This document shows positions 34,584 through 47,743 of a stretch of 64,000 bases of DNA, piece after piece. Origin of the DNA: Craspedostauros australis (Eukaryota). The notes beneath the pieces are model-generated. The model searched no databases. It was not told where the DNA came from and was given only the letters and a program-made list of their open reading frames with translations. The DNA lies in NCBI GenBank assembly GCA_030167865.1, contig JALAGF010000383.1:62001-126000 (forward strand). The letters run 5' to 3'. Every line of letters starts with the position of its first letter. The first letter of the stretch is position 1. The translations under genes and the position numbers were made by a program.

Positions 34584-36142
34584 CTCTTCGCCTGTTTGCT
34601 AATCGAGAGCTGTGATGGATGCGGTGTGATGGGATGCGATGGAATGCGATGGGATACGATGAATGAGATTGAGATGTGTTGCGTTGTCGTTTGCGCCGCC
34701 CAACTTCGAATTGATTGTGATGTACGGTCCTTGTGCGAATACGAATACGAATTCGAGCACGAGTAAAGTGATGCGCGGTGCGATGCGAGTGCAGAGCACA
34801 GTGGAATGTATGGAATGTGCGAGTAATAAAGTTGAAAGTGAGCGCAAAGCCTTGACGTAGTGCGTCACTTGGGCACTGCAGAAGGTATTGTTGCTTTTGT
34901 GGGTTGCCGCACCTTTCAACGCGCTTCTTCTCGTTCTGTCTCGTTGTCGGCTGACTGATGTATTTTACGAGCTATTATGTTATATGATGTATTTTATCAT
35001 ATAATATGATTTACAAGTGACGTGGGACGAATGATGAGTGAGATGTGTGGAGCATGTCTCCGTGTCTTCTACACTGACCACACGATGATGGTGATGTCGA
35101 TGATGATGACGATGTGAGTATTTGGAGACTGGAATGAGTGTTGCCTCATCCAAGGGTGAGAACCAGGTCGACGAGAGCCAACAGGAGCCAACAGGAGCCA
35201 ACAAGAACACACCTTCGTTTCCTTCCGTTTGTCTCTCTCTCTCTCTCTCTCTCGTCTCGGCCCAATGTATAGCTTCTGCGGAAGCGGAGTGAAGCGCAGA
35301 GCGTGGAGTGTGGAGTGTGGAGTGTGGGATACCTCACAAGAGAACTGCGCCTTCAGCAAATGAACAGAACCCGACATGAGGTTGGCAACAGTTGCGCAGC
35401 ACACCAACACATCAAACACACAGAAGAAGGAGGATTACTCACTTGTTTTGTGGTGTGGTTATTCGTGTGTCCAGAACGTGACGTGACGTTTGCCATCACA
35501 GCAGTCCAAACACTTTGCGACAACAACGAAAACTCTCGCTCGTTGTTCGTGTTTTTGATGTGTTGGTGTTGGAAGCATCCACGTCACCGTGACGAACTTC
35601 CTCACCAAAGCGAATCCGGCCACGTCCGGGGAAGGACACAATGTTGATGGATTGACCCATCTGATCGGAAGGAAGAGCGACGATCAAGATTCCAACAAGA
35701 ACGTGTCTGAGAATCGTCCGTGATTGAATCACACGTACACAGACACAACAAGGGAAAGTACTGGCAGGTACGACCGCTCCAACAAAATCGCACAGACAAG
35801 CAGACAATCAACAACAACAGCAACCAAGACGCGCGGCATCTCGCCCAAACAAGGGAGCAACGCCATGTTTCTTCCAAAGAAGACAACACTGCGCAAGTTA
35901 CGGCCCACGCGTCCACACGCGAACAAAAACGCCAAACGCAGTGGTTGGCGCAAAAGTTTGCGGAGCGTTGCCACAAAACAACCAAAAGCAAGAAAAAAGC
36001 GAGCAGGGGCAAAAAGAAGAGAAGAAATCAAACACACATCCACAAATCACGAAAACGACTCCGCTGCCTCTCGCTTCCAAAAACAACAACGCTTCACAAC
36101 TTCTCCCACCCATTCAACACACGGCATCAACAACGCAAGAAG

Positions 36143-38562
36143 ATGGCAACATTGGCGGGACGTCAACCTGGAAAGATCGACTTTGCCGGCATGGTGGGCG
36201 CAAAGCGGAGACGAATGAGAAGTGGCGGCAATGTCTCCACCCTCACCAACAACACCGCCAAGCAAGGAGCTGGGGAGCAGCAGCAGCAACCACACGGTCA
36301 AGCCACAAAGGGCCAGAACAAGATGGATGCTGCCGACGAGAAGACGGTGCAGACGTCCAAATGCAAAGGGGCCACGACAATCCCCATCTTCCTGAAGAGT
36401 AAGTTGTGCCAGCACGAAGATCGAGGGTTGCCACTTGCTTGTGAAATGCTGCCGCTTCTCTGAGACAAGCAGTGCAGTGCAACGCAACCGACCAAGGCAG
36501 CCGCAGCCGCACGGATGACAAGTGGGTGCGACCGATCCATGAACAACTTGCATGATACGATGCTGCACAGATGCTGTCGGCATGCTCACACACGCACGCA
36601 CACAAATGCTCACATCCACGAACATACATCAACTGCATTCGACTTTCACTCGCTCGTCAACCTCCAACTTCAGAAACGTACAAGATGATCGACACTTGCG
36701 ATCCCGCTATTGCAGCATGGTAAGTAAGAAAGCATCGGCACGAAGCATGATGGGGCAGCGTCCGGCCTGCGAGTCCCAGCCCCGACCAACGACAACGGAA
36801 GAGAGGGGACACCAGCATGGCTGAAGCAAAGAACGAAACAGCCTCCCTTGCAGCGACCATGAACAATCAAGACCAAAAACGCATTCCGTGTGGTTGTTCG
36901 TTGGTCTGTTCCTGTGGGTTCCCTGCGATTCCAACATGCGCGGACGTAGAAATCCTACCAGCTGCGATCGTGATTTGTCCGTGACTGCGTGTCACGCAAA
37001 CGCTTGGCTGTGTCCAATTTCCCAGCCCACCAGCACAACGACAAAGCAACAACAACAACGCCCAAAACAGCGGCCTGTCCTCGTTGTGTGTCTTCGTTGT
37101 TGTCCTTGACTTGCCCCTTGTTGCCTTGCTTCGTTTTTGCATCGCAGGGCACAGCAACATTTGGTTCCCTGTGTCCGCCAAATCAAACACCTGCGCAAGT
37201 GCACGCACATGCATACGCACATGTCTGCTTTGCTGTGCTGTACTAAAGTGTCATACCCACATCTCGTTGCAGCTTTACACGCACCGATGCTCACATACCG
37301 CCTCATCTGTTTGACCGTCCCTATTTTCCCAACATGGGCGCTCCACACACGACAACAACAACAACACACCTCCATGCACCATCCTCGCCTTTCTCAGGAC
37401 CAATGATGGCGACATGTTCGTCGTCAAGGATCCCGATGTCTTTGCGGCCACCATCATCCCCCAGTACTTCGACCACAACAAATTCTCCAGCTTTGCCCGT
37501 CAGCTCAACTTTTACGGTTTCCGCAAGATGCAGTCCAAGCCAATCAGGAACAGTGACTTCGACGCGGCCTCCGCGAAGCACGTCACCTTCTACAATGAGA
37601 ACTTCAAGCGCGGCCGTTGCGATCTCTTGAAGAAGATCCAGAGGAGCACGCGAGGCGGTGGTTCCAGCTCGAGCCAAGATGCCCAAAAGGAGATACACCA
37701 GTTGAAGGAGCAGGTGTCGAAGCTGGAGAAAAAGATCACCGACATGAACAGCGAGACGGAGGAACGCATCAAGCGTTTGGAAGCGGACGTGTTGGGCCGC
37801 ATGGAACAGCTCGTGCTGACAGTCCAATACCAGCAATCCCAAATTCAAAGGAACAACAGCACCTCCACAGCGGAGGCTGCCAATACCACAGGAGTCCCTG
37901 CGCAAAGCAATCTCGCGAGCCAGGCAGGGTCCGTTATTCCCGAAGGATGGGGAGATCCTTTGCCATTCGGCGCGCGTGGAACATCTGTAGGCTCCATCGG
38001 CAGCTTCATGGCACCGGCGCCTGTCGCGAAGAACTTGGCGGCGGCTGTTTCCGCAAGTGGCGGTCCGACGCTGCCCCCGCACCCCAAGCAGAAGACGCTT
38101 CCACCGCCTACGTTCCCAGGAGCCATGGGAATCCCACCTTCTAGACTGACGTCGCTTCGCGGCCTCTCGCTTACCAGAGGCATCTCTGGTCTCTCTCGTG
38201 GGGGGTCCATTGAGTCAAGCGCGTCCGCGCTCTTGAAGAACAACTGGGAGGACAAGTTCTTCTCCATGCTCATGTTGGGCGAGAATCAGCAACAACAGCA
38301 ACAACAACAGCAGCAACAGCAGAGCAACGGTGGGGGCGGGGGCAACCAGAATGGCATCGGCGGAACCCCAGGTGGTACCGCCGGAGGAACGAACTTGACG
38401 GTCGCACAGCAAGCAGCGCAGCAGGTGCTTGCGGAATCATTCAATCCAACCCCGATGGTCGACGCCCTGGCCAATCTTCGGCAGTCCAGCGGTCTTGCAA
38501 GTGCCAACGTCGTCTCTCAGAGCTCCAGCTTGGGTGATGGCGCAGGCGCGTCCGAAATTTGA
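36143..38562 (+). CDS. Heat-shock transcription factor (HSF DNA-binding domain), 3 exons
   Basis: Exons 36143-36398, 36674-36719 and 37398-38562, with gtaagt donors and cag acceptors. Splicing rebuilds IPIFLKKTYKMIDTCDPAIAAWTNDGDMFVVKDPDVFAATIIPQYFDHNKFSSFARQLNFYGFRK...FYNENFKRGRCDLLKKIQR. This is followed by a heptad coiled coil (IHQLKEQVSKLEKKITDM) and polyQ. The start could instead be a downstream Met. Confidence 0.93.
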
Positions 38563-39033
38563 GCAAAGAACAGCAACACACAGCAATGGACGTGGCGATT
38601 GATGCAACAGACATGCCGCCCCAGTAATTCGTTCCGTTGAGGGGGAATGGCCCGTCGGATAGTCAGGAGATCGGTCAGGAGGTGTCCCGGGTGCATGTGG
38701 CTCATGATACTCGGCTCTAAGTATTGCTCTATCCTCGTACTGGTATACACGGAGGTCCACTCGATTCTATTCTACTCTACTCTAAATTGAAACAACTGCA
38801 TTCTATAATACTTGTGTCATGGAATTGCACAATAGATCATGGAATCGATCTGTTGGCGTGTCTGTGCATGACTTGCCGCGGCATAGGTCGTACTTGTCGC
38901 TAGTGACGCATAGTCGTACTGTCACTCGGACTGGTATTAGTGGTGGTATAGTAGAATAGGTATTGTATGTTGAGTACTCCAATACATTCGCACCATACGA
39001 GTATTGTATGGAATTGTTTGGGACTGCTCCTCC

Positions 39034-39348
39034 CTACTCGGCCTTCTTCTTTTGGTCTCTCATTGTTGCGGATGAGGGCGTGGCGGCCGAGTCTGGGATA
39101 GCACAGTAGAGCACGTAGGCAACACAGCCAAAAGACACCAACACAAAGAGCGCGAGCATTATCGGCTGCTGGAAGATGATGAGCGACGATGATAGTTCCT
39201 TCCCGTCATGTGATGGGTGGTTCTCCACCATACGAGTATGCCCGCCGTTGCTGCTTGGTCGGTGGTGTTCTTGCCTGTTGGCGAGGAGGTCCTCGATGTC
39301 TGCATTGCCTGTGGCATGCCGTGCTGTTGGGGATTGTTTTCTCGGCAT
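39034..39348 (-). CDS. Small single-pass membrane protein (hypothetical)
   Basis: MPRKQSPT...IIFQQPIMLALFVLVSFGCVAYVLYCAI...QKKKAE has one clear TM helix and a KKxx-like C-terminus. No family recognised, and the 5' end is uncertain. Confidence 0.45.
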   Translation of the reverse strand: MPRKQSPTARHATGNADIEDLLANRQEHHRPSSNGGHTRMVENHPSHDGKELSSSLIIFQQPIMLALFVLVSFGCVAYVLYCAIPDSAATPSSATMRDQKKKAE

Positions 39349-40706
39349 CAGCACCAATCTCGCGATCACTTCTGTCAGAGTACTCGTAAGTATTCTCTCT
39401 CTCTCTCTTGTTGGATGGGGAGGAGTCCTGCGGCTCTTGATTTCTCCAAGAGGAGAGGGGATCGCCACGCAGAGTGTTCTTGTGTTCTTGTGTGCATGTG
39501 TGTATGTGCGCGCGCGGGTGTTCTTTGTCGTTCCATTCTTCACATCGTGATGATGTGCGTCCCTGGTTGTTCACAGGACGTTCTCCACCCTTTCTCCCCC
39601 TTGCGGCGAGGTTCGGAACTTGAGGCCGACGAAGCCGGCTTGTCCCGCCTCGCCGCCTCCTCCGTCTTTTCACATCAAGTGTGGGGGCGTTGTCGTCGGC
39701 GTTTGTGTTCTGTTTGTGTTCTGTTTGTGTCAGTATCGGTGGCTCGTAGCGGTGTACTATACAAACCACCATCGCGGTTTTGCTCTCTCGCGCAAGTAGC
39801 CGTACAGGCGCCTCGTGGTGTTGGTTTCACGCGTACGAGTGACGAGCTTCGAGCGCCTCCTGCGAACTCGTCGTATTCCAATTGGTTCTCATGGAACGAC
39901 GGCTGCGCCAGCAGGACACGCCGGCGCCAATAGTTGTACGGCACGCCACAGAGAGTACTGATACGATTTACTCGCAACAAACACACACATTCGTGCGGAC
40001 AACACGAACCCAACCCAACCCAAACCAAACCAAAGCGAAGTGAAGTGATAGTGGAACAGAGCAAAGACACAAACAGAGACAACACCAAAACGCGAAAACA
40101 CGAAAACAACAACCGCACAGGCTTCGCCAAGAAGGAGATGCCATTCATCTGTTTTGCTTCGCATCGGCAAAGCAACATCACCGCAGCGCTTCCAATCGAC
40201 GACACGAATTACAACACGAACGACTCACGCAACCAGCACAACCAACACAACCAGTACGATCTCGTCTGATCAGACCATCATTACCATCGCTGCTCGTTTG
40301 GACTGCCCACACAATACTTGACTCTCCTATTACACACGCATACACACACCCACACACGCATACACACACACAGAGAGCAACCGATTCCATTGCAAGATTG
40401 CTGGTGCGCAACAAAGCGCCCTCTCATTGCACCAACGACTATCATATTATACAAGACCACAGTACCGCCTGCGCCTCTCCAGCATTGATCGAATATATTG
40501 TATTATTTGATTATATTATTATATAATAGAATACAATACAACAAGATAATACTCTGCACGAGTACCAATACGACTACAGAGGCGAATCAACACAAGTGGA
40601 TCAGCGCTGAACTCGACAGCGCTGGAGCAATCCTACGACGACTCGTGGATCAGCAGCAACAGCAATCGCAGCAACACACTCGGAAGCGCCAACGTGCAGA
40701 AAGACG

Positions 40707-41925
40707 ATGATGGCCAAAGGCGAAGGCAAGATTATGGCCGGTGGCCAGCCTCCGGTGCAGAAGCAGGCGCAGATGCAGGCGCCGACGCAGGGCCAGTCCA
40801 TGTACCGCTCCATGGCGCTCTTCTTGGATGGCATGTCTCGGGTGGCGCTGTTTCCGTTCGGCCCGAGTCTGGTGGCAAGGCTGCTCCTCAAGGGCGGCAC
40901 CATCACCAAGCTGCAGCTCGAGCATTGCTCGTTGATCGCGTTTCCCCTCGCGGCTGTGGTCGCCACGTACTGCCTCGGCAGGTCGTTCGGCCACTGCGTC
41001 ATGGCACCAGCCTGCTTTGGCCGGTCGCAACCGTCCGAAACCACCCTGTCCAAACTCGTGCCGAGGCTTTCGGGCATCGTCATCGCCCTGCATGTCCTCA
41101 CGTTCGGTGCCGGCCTGCCGTCGGTTTGGATCCTGGCCGTCCTTCGGTTCGTATCAGCTGCCCTGGTTGGCATGCTGTGCCGCATCACGAAGAACGATGA
41201 CAATCTATCCTCGGTTGCAGAAGGAGGAGGCGCGAGGAATCTACCGGGGGCTCAGGCGATCACCGCTCGCAACAAGCTCGATCGCGACGACATCTTCAAC
41301 GACTCCATCCGATCAACCCACGACGACGAGTGGCTCGAGGCAGGAATTCAGAAACCAAGCGCGCTCGATGCAGGCGAAGCCTCGCACGATGAATGCAACG
41401 ACGGCACGGTGCACCAACGCGGGCGATACGTAGACACGACGCCAGGCACTGCCAAGGTCTACCTCACCGCGCTGGCCGTCTCCATCCTATCCGGAGGCTT
41501 GCTCTTCCGTCACGCAACCACCGATGTCACCTTCCAGCATCTCACAGGGCAGCACGCTTCGCTGACGCCAATATTCATGCTCGTTGTTGCCGGTTCCACA
41601 GAATGCATCTTTCGTCTCTTCATTTGGTCCTGCGCAAGACGCAATGGTGAAAATCTTCCGCACAAGTCGCTGCGCATGACGTCTTCGCAGCCATCGGCAT
41701 CTGATAGGAAGCCACTGTTGCGCGAATCCTTTCACGATGCCACGGCAAGTTCGCAGCTGCTTGCCAAAATGCCCAAGCCTGCGCCGCGCTCATCCATGAC
41801 GAAGCGCCAATCATCAATATCAAATTCCTCGCTGCAGCTCACCTTCGATTTGGACTGCGAGAATCCTCCGGACCAGAAAGCAGACCACCATGATATCGCA
41901 AAGCAACAGAAACAGCAGTACCATC

Positions 41926-41957
<32 letters not shown>

Positions 41958-44420
41958 GATGACCAGCAACAGCACGTGGACCAGACACTTCCCCGACTTG
42001 AGCCACCGTCCCACCTCCCCGCAATCGATTTCAAAGCAATGAGGCCCATGCAAAGGCAACGGTTGGACTCCACAGCGAGCTTCAAGTCGGCAACACCCAT
42101 CCCGTTGCGCGAACGCTCAATGACGACCGATTCAGAATTCTTCGATTGTAACTCGGTCCTGTCAGACATGGAGGACATGGATTTGTTCTACGATGACGCC
42201 GGAAACGACGATAAGGCCAACGACGACGATGAGCAGGCTGGGCATCAAGCACCTTCCACCGGCAGCTCCATTGGAGCTGCTGAGAATGGGATCTTCAATG
42301 CCACTGCGAGCTACGTCGACCACCAATGCGTCTATGATGATGGACATCCTGCATTTGTTCCTGCTGGTGACAGCGTCGCCCGCATCCCACCGAACTACAT
42401 GGAATTTTGCGGCGGCAACGAGGCCAAGGCACGCAAGATGTGGCAAGCAACACAGAAGTGGAGACACGAATGGGATGTGTGGAGGATACACCGCAAGCCC
42501 AACACGTGGTTCAGAGAGATCAAGAACGCATACCCGCACACGGTGCATGGCTACAGCAAGGCTGGATATCCCATCATCTACGAACAGCCAGGGCGCATGA
42601 ACCTCAAGGAGTTGTTCAGCAACGGCTGCAAGATCCGTGACATGGCGAACCACCTCGTCTTCTTCATGGAGTTCATCGCCCACCACATTGCTGTCCGCGA
42701 CGACATACGAGCGAAGCGTGGGCCAGAGCCTGGTGCTCACAATTCCTCGTCGTGGGGCACCATGGTGGTCATGGACGTGCAAGGCGTGGGTATTTCGCAC
42801 CTCAGCGGCGACGTGCTGCGATACCTCAAGACCGCCGGCGACATCAACGGCAATCACTACCCGATGACCATGAGGCGAGCCTTCCTCGTCAATTCACCCT
42901 TCTGGTTGGCCGGTACTTGGTCGACCGTGAAGGGCATCCTGCCGGAATCTGTGCAGGTGGATATCCTCTCCTCAAGCAAATACCTGGATGCCCTCCGAGA
43001 ATACATCGACGATGATCAGATCCCACCGGAGTACGGCGGTTCCAGCCCTTACCGACTCGGCGAACACCCGTTCGAGTTGGCACTGCAGGACTTCGTCGAC
43101 CAGGCCAGCGAACTCCCCAGCAGTTTGGAACCTGTTGCTGGCCCATTGGATGTGACCAGCAATCAGAACGCGAACGCAGGAAGCAACGCCGGCGCTCGCC
43201 CTGACGCTGCTGAAGGTATGAACGACGTCGACGACATCACCGCGGGCGGAATGACGTCCATCCCATGGGGTGACGATGATGGGCAAGTCACAAAGGCGGA
43301 CGCAAGCACGATGGATGTGTGGGACGAGCCTCGTTCAGCCTCAAGTGCCAATCATTCGTTCAACCCGTCCACTCCACTGCGCAGACGCAACGGGTCGTTC
43401 AGCATCGAGCAGGAGATGGCGAAGGCATACGTTGGCTTGGATGACAGCAGAGATGTTGGAGGCAGGGAACACGATGTCAGCGTTTCGGATTTCTACGACG
43501 GCAACAAGGGCATCGGCTACGAAGGTGAAAGGGACATTTTTGTAATCGTCTCCGTCATGTTCACCTTGTTCAGCACATCCCAGGGCATCATCGAAACGGC
43601 GATTCCATTCTGGATCGTCACGCCGACGCGCCTTGGCGGACTGGGCTACGCCCCATCCAGATCCGGCGTGTCGATGTTCTGCTCCGCCATGGTGCTGCTC
43701 TGGGTGATGCGCACCAAGTGGTCACGCGTCGTGCCGCAAATCCCCGTCCAGGAGCCGATGCGATCGTTTCGCATCGGGGCAGGATCGCAATCCGTCCTGC
43801 TGTTGCTCATAGCGCTGGTGCCACGAACGGCCATTCCATCGAAGAGGACGGATTCGATCCTCGTCATGACCTTCACGATCATCATGATCTCCTGCATGAT
43901 CCTATCTGGGATCTTCGGCCGTAGCTCATCGACCATCCTGCACCGCATCGCAGCAGACAGGTTCGGGACTCTGGCGTCGCGCAAGAACCCGGGATGGGGC
44001 AGGTGGCATCAAAGCGGTGGCGCGACACGCGCACTGAGCCTGTGCGGCGAAGTGCTTGGCGTCCTGTTGGTTGGAATCACGAGCACGTGGTCCTTGTCTC
44101 AGGCTCGGCCGGCTCCGTTTGATGGGACATCCTGCCTGTACTTGGCGTCGTTGTTGACCTTCGTTCTCTACGTATGCTCATTTTCTCTCCACCTCAATGG
44201 GTCGGGGCACTTCAGCCAGCACCCACGCGAACGTGATGGGTGCAGCGAAGCTGGTGCCAGAAGATGCAGTTCATTCATTTGCGAAGTTGCGACGGTGTCG
44301 CTGGGCGACATGGCGAGTTTGTTCGAGGAGACCAACTGGGCGTACTCATCGCTGCTGTCACACCCCAGGTTCCACTCTCAGATGGTTGAGAAGGGTGGAG
44401 TGCAGTGCAAGACAGTTTGA
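40707..44420 (+). CDS. MFS-like membrane protein with internal CRAL-TRIO (Sec14) lipid-binding domain, 1237 aa
   Basis: An N-terminal TM cluster (e.g. TFGAGLPSVWILAVLRFVSAALVG) is followed by a long polar loop with polyQ. The CRAL-TRIO domain at 42384-43040 reads HGYSKAGYPIIYEQPG, VVMDVQGVG, NHYPMTMRRAFLVNSPFW, LREYIDDDQIPPEYGG. A C-terminal TM cluster begins ETAIPFWIVTPTRLGGLGYAPSRSG. Confidence 0.85.
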
Positions 44421-45155
44421 GAAAGAGGTGTCAGGCGCGTTGGAGCCGGGGCATGATACGAGTAGAAGCACGAGTGCGAGTACGATGAGCAGCAAGTGAT
44501 TTATATACATAGTATGGTACGCGTACTCAGCCAATATTCTCCAGTAAATCCCGTACTCATTCTCCTCTCCAGAGTCCATAGACTTACGTAGATACAGAGT
44601 GCTCGTCCTCGCATCGAGTATAGCATAACGTCGAGTACGAGCATGCAAAATTTGCCGTACTGAAGACGTTGCTGGGACTTGTATGCGTGTTTGTGCTTGG
44701 CGTCATGCATCTATGTTGCAATGGAATGAGACTTGTCATGGCAGTGCTGTAGAGTACATACTCGTCGAACACCGCGGCACAGGGCGCAGAAGTGGAATGT
44801 CGGCATGCAACCTCTCTCTCTCTCTCTCTGCATCTCTTGAGTGCAGCGATTAGTAGTGGAATGGAAAGTACGCCCACTATTAGTGGTAAGGATGAGCGGA
44901 CTGGGAGGCCTACGTCCTCGTATGGTACAACAATTCATAGAAGCAGCATGCGTGCAACATCCACTGATTGCTGGTAACATCATTCTCTTGAGAATAATTG
45001 TGTGTAGAGCAACGTACTAATAGAGTACTGGTACCATGGTGTTGTGCACATCTGGAGATTCCAGGTGGTGGACCGCCCAATCCCGGCATGGTTTCGCGGG
45101 ATGGAGTATGCTGGAATTGGACTAGTATTAGCACAGTGGCAAATGAATCGGCTTC

Positions 45156-45980
45156 CTACTCCTGCTTGTTTTGCTTCGACTTCTTCTTACGACTGCCCTT
45201 GGTTGACGGCTTCGCCTTGCTCGCCTTACCGGTCGCGTTGGCATCGCGCGCTTGTTGCTGTTCCTGCTGACCCTGCTGCGCCTTCTTCCGTCGCAACTCG
45301 CGCGTCTTCACCTCCACCAGCAACGACGCCGCTTCCCGGACGTACATGATCAGCATGATGAGAGAATCGACGAGCAACGGACCGCACACCATGGTCCCCA
45401 TGAAGAAGCCCTTGTCGTCGAAGTAGTTCTGGGTGGCGAATGACTCCCAGTTTCTGTCGGCCCAAGCATTTGTGTATTCAGCGGTCCTCACGATGATTGC
45501 AATGAATACAAGGAACGAAAGGCGCGCTGCGGCGGTTCTTTGAGGCCTCGCCATCCAAAGAACCAATAAGAACATGACGATCTGGAAGACGACCACGCCC
45601 AGGATGAAAGGCTCGGACCAGCTGATGGCAGCTCGAAAGGCGTTAAGATGCTCCATTGCAGACCTTGGCTTCGTCTGTCCCTTCATGATGTCCTTCAGCA
45701 CACCATCTGCAATCCCGTTAAGTGGCGATTCCATCATGACGTCGTCATCGTCCTCCGAGAATTCGAACTCGCCTCCACCGTCGCCACCTGGTCCTCCATA
45801 CGCGGAGGACGCATGCGAGGACGATGCGCCATCTCGCTGCTCCATCTCGCCTGTCGTGATGGCAGCAAGACCATCTTCCACGACATTCACAACCTGCTCC
45901 GATGTTTCTAACACGAAGTTGGCGAGCTTGGTGAACACGCCTTCTGCGTCTGCGTCTGTGTCTGGTCGTGCTTCGGTCAT
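45156..45980 (-). CDS. TMEM18: Transmembrane protein 18 homolog
   Basis: AISWSEPFILG...AEYTNAWADRNWESFATQNYFDDKGFFMGTMVCGPLL plus a basic C-terminal tail, typical of TMEM18. Confidence 0.88.
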   Translation of the reverse strand: MTEARPDTDADAEGVFTKLANFVLETSEQVVNVVEDGLAAITTGEMEQRDGASSSHASSAYGGPGGDGGGEFEFSEDDDDVMMESPLNGIADGVLKDIMKGQTKPRSAMEHLNAFRAAISWSEPFILGVVVFQIVMFLLVLWMARPQRTAAARLSFLVFIAIIVRTAEYTNAWADRNWESFATQNYFDDKGFFMGTMVCGPLLVDSLIMLIMYVREAASLLVEVKTRELRRKKAQQGQQEQQQARDANATGKASKAKPSTKGSRKKKSKQNKQE

Positions 45981-46588
45981 GATGGTGCGTACTCGTATGT
46001 ATGGTACGTTCGGTTGTGTGTGCTTCTATCCTTTTTGGAGTGCGCGGATGTTGAGGAGGAAATGGAATGCTTGTGGGAGCAGCGCGTCACTCTTGTGCTG
46101 TGGCTGGCTTGCGTTACTTTGCGCTACTTTGCATTGCCTTGTCTTCTTTTGTTGGGCTGTGTTGTGTGAACTCCCGTCGACGAACGGGTCGTGACGAGAC
46201 AGTGTTGTGTGTGTTTGGGAACGTTGGTGTGACGAAACAGCAAACAGACGTGGAATCGAAAATGGCGCGAACACTTGTGACTTTCCAATGTTAATACGGG
46301 ACCCAACGATCATTCGTGAATCAGTCGTCAATTTTGTCGCTGTCGTTACCCCTTACTAATACGTCTTGCCGTCGTCGGAGCATCGAAACAAAAACTCGAT
46401 ACCTCCTCCCGACCGAGGATGCTGGGCGTTGTGTTGGAGATCCCTCAGCCTTTGTCTCTGCACCCAACGTCAAGCTCACCATGAGGCAACCAACAACATC
46501 AACGTCGAAATTGAAGACATCAGCAATCGCGACGCTTGGTGCTGTGTACGAACTACAACACCAATCTTGAAGAAAAAACAGATCAACC

Positions 46589-47743
46589 ATGGTACGTTGC
46601 CGTCGATTAGCACAGATCTAAATGGGACTTGGTTTGCTGGATGAGGTTGGACGATGACGCGCACCGACTCCAGCCAGCTTGACGCAACGTCGCTGCAGCA
46701 TGCTCAAAGAGGGAGATTCGCAACTTGACGCTGCGCATGAACAACACAGCCCAGGAACATTCTCTCACCATTTCTTTCACTCGACGATGCCTTCGAATTC
46801 ACATCACCTCCCTTGATCTTGGCAGGTTTTCGTCAAAGTCCAAAAGAGCCGCGCCTACTTCTCGCGTTACCAGGTCAAGTACCGTCGCCGCCGCGAAGGA
46901 AAGACCGACTACCGTCAGCGAAAGCGCCTCTGTGCCCAGGACAAGAACAAGTACCAGTCACCCAAGTATCGTCTCATCGTGCGCTTCACCAACAGATTCG
47001 TCATCTGCCAGATCGCTTATTCCCTGGTCGATGGTGACCGCATCTTGTGCCATGCTTCCTCTTCGGAGCTGAGCCGCTACGGTCTTTCCGTCGGTCTGAA
47101 GAACTACGCCGCCGCATACTGCACTGGACTCCTGTGCGCACGCCGCATGCTGCAGAAGGTCGGTCTGGATGACATCTATGAGGGTAACACCGAGGTTGAC
47201 GCCGAGGTCGTGTCCACCGAGTACGACAAGAAGACATACTACGTCGAGGAGGTCGATGATGACAAGAAGCCATTCCGCGCCCTTCTGGATGTTGGATGCA
47301 GACCCACCACAACCGGTTGCCGCGTCTTCGGTGCCCTCAAGGGTGCCGCCGATGGCGGTCTCGACGTGCCACACTCCGAGAAGAGATTCCCGGGATACGA
47401 CCGCGATGCCAAGGAATACGATGCCGACATGCACCGCGAGCGCATCTTCGGAGGACACGTGAGCGAATACATGGAGTACCTCGAGGAGGAAGATAACCAA
47501 AAGTACCAGGAGCACTTCGCTTCCTTCATCGCCGCTGATGTCGAGGCCGACGGCCTTGAGGAGCTGTACGAGAGCGTCCACGAGAAGATCCGCGAGGACC
47601 CATCCCCAACTGCCAAGAAGGACTTCTCGCCAGACAAGGGCTTCAAGCGCAAGGCCAAGCTCACTATCGACGAGCGCAAGGCCCGCGTGCAGGCCAAGAA
47701 GGATGCCAAGAACGCTGAGCTCGAAGCCGACGACGAAGAGTAA
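46589..47743 (+). CDS. RPL5: 60S ribosomal protein L5 (uL18), 2 exons, 306 aa
   Basis: The first coding exon is only ATG (46589-46591), followed by intron 46592-46825 (gtacgt..gcag). Exon 2 from 46826 gives [30 protein letters not shown]...[19 protein letters not shown]...[15 protein letters not shown]...[25 protein letters not shown]. Confidence 0.98.

Noticed and set aside
35720-36142. ORF-track N-terminal extension of the HSF; similar extensions for the SDR (53501-53698) and PCS (49814-49885)
   Set aside because: They begin at non-ATG codons in CA-rich 5'-UTR-like sequence, which is unlikely in a eukaryote.
46592-46825. Intronic snoRNA in the RPL5 intron
   Set aside because: No clean box C (RTGATGA) and box D (CTGA) pair or convincing H/ACA layout is visible.
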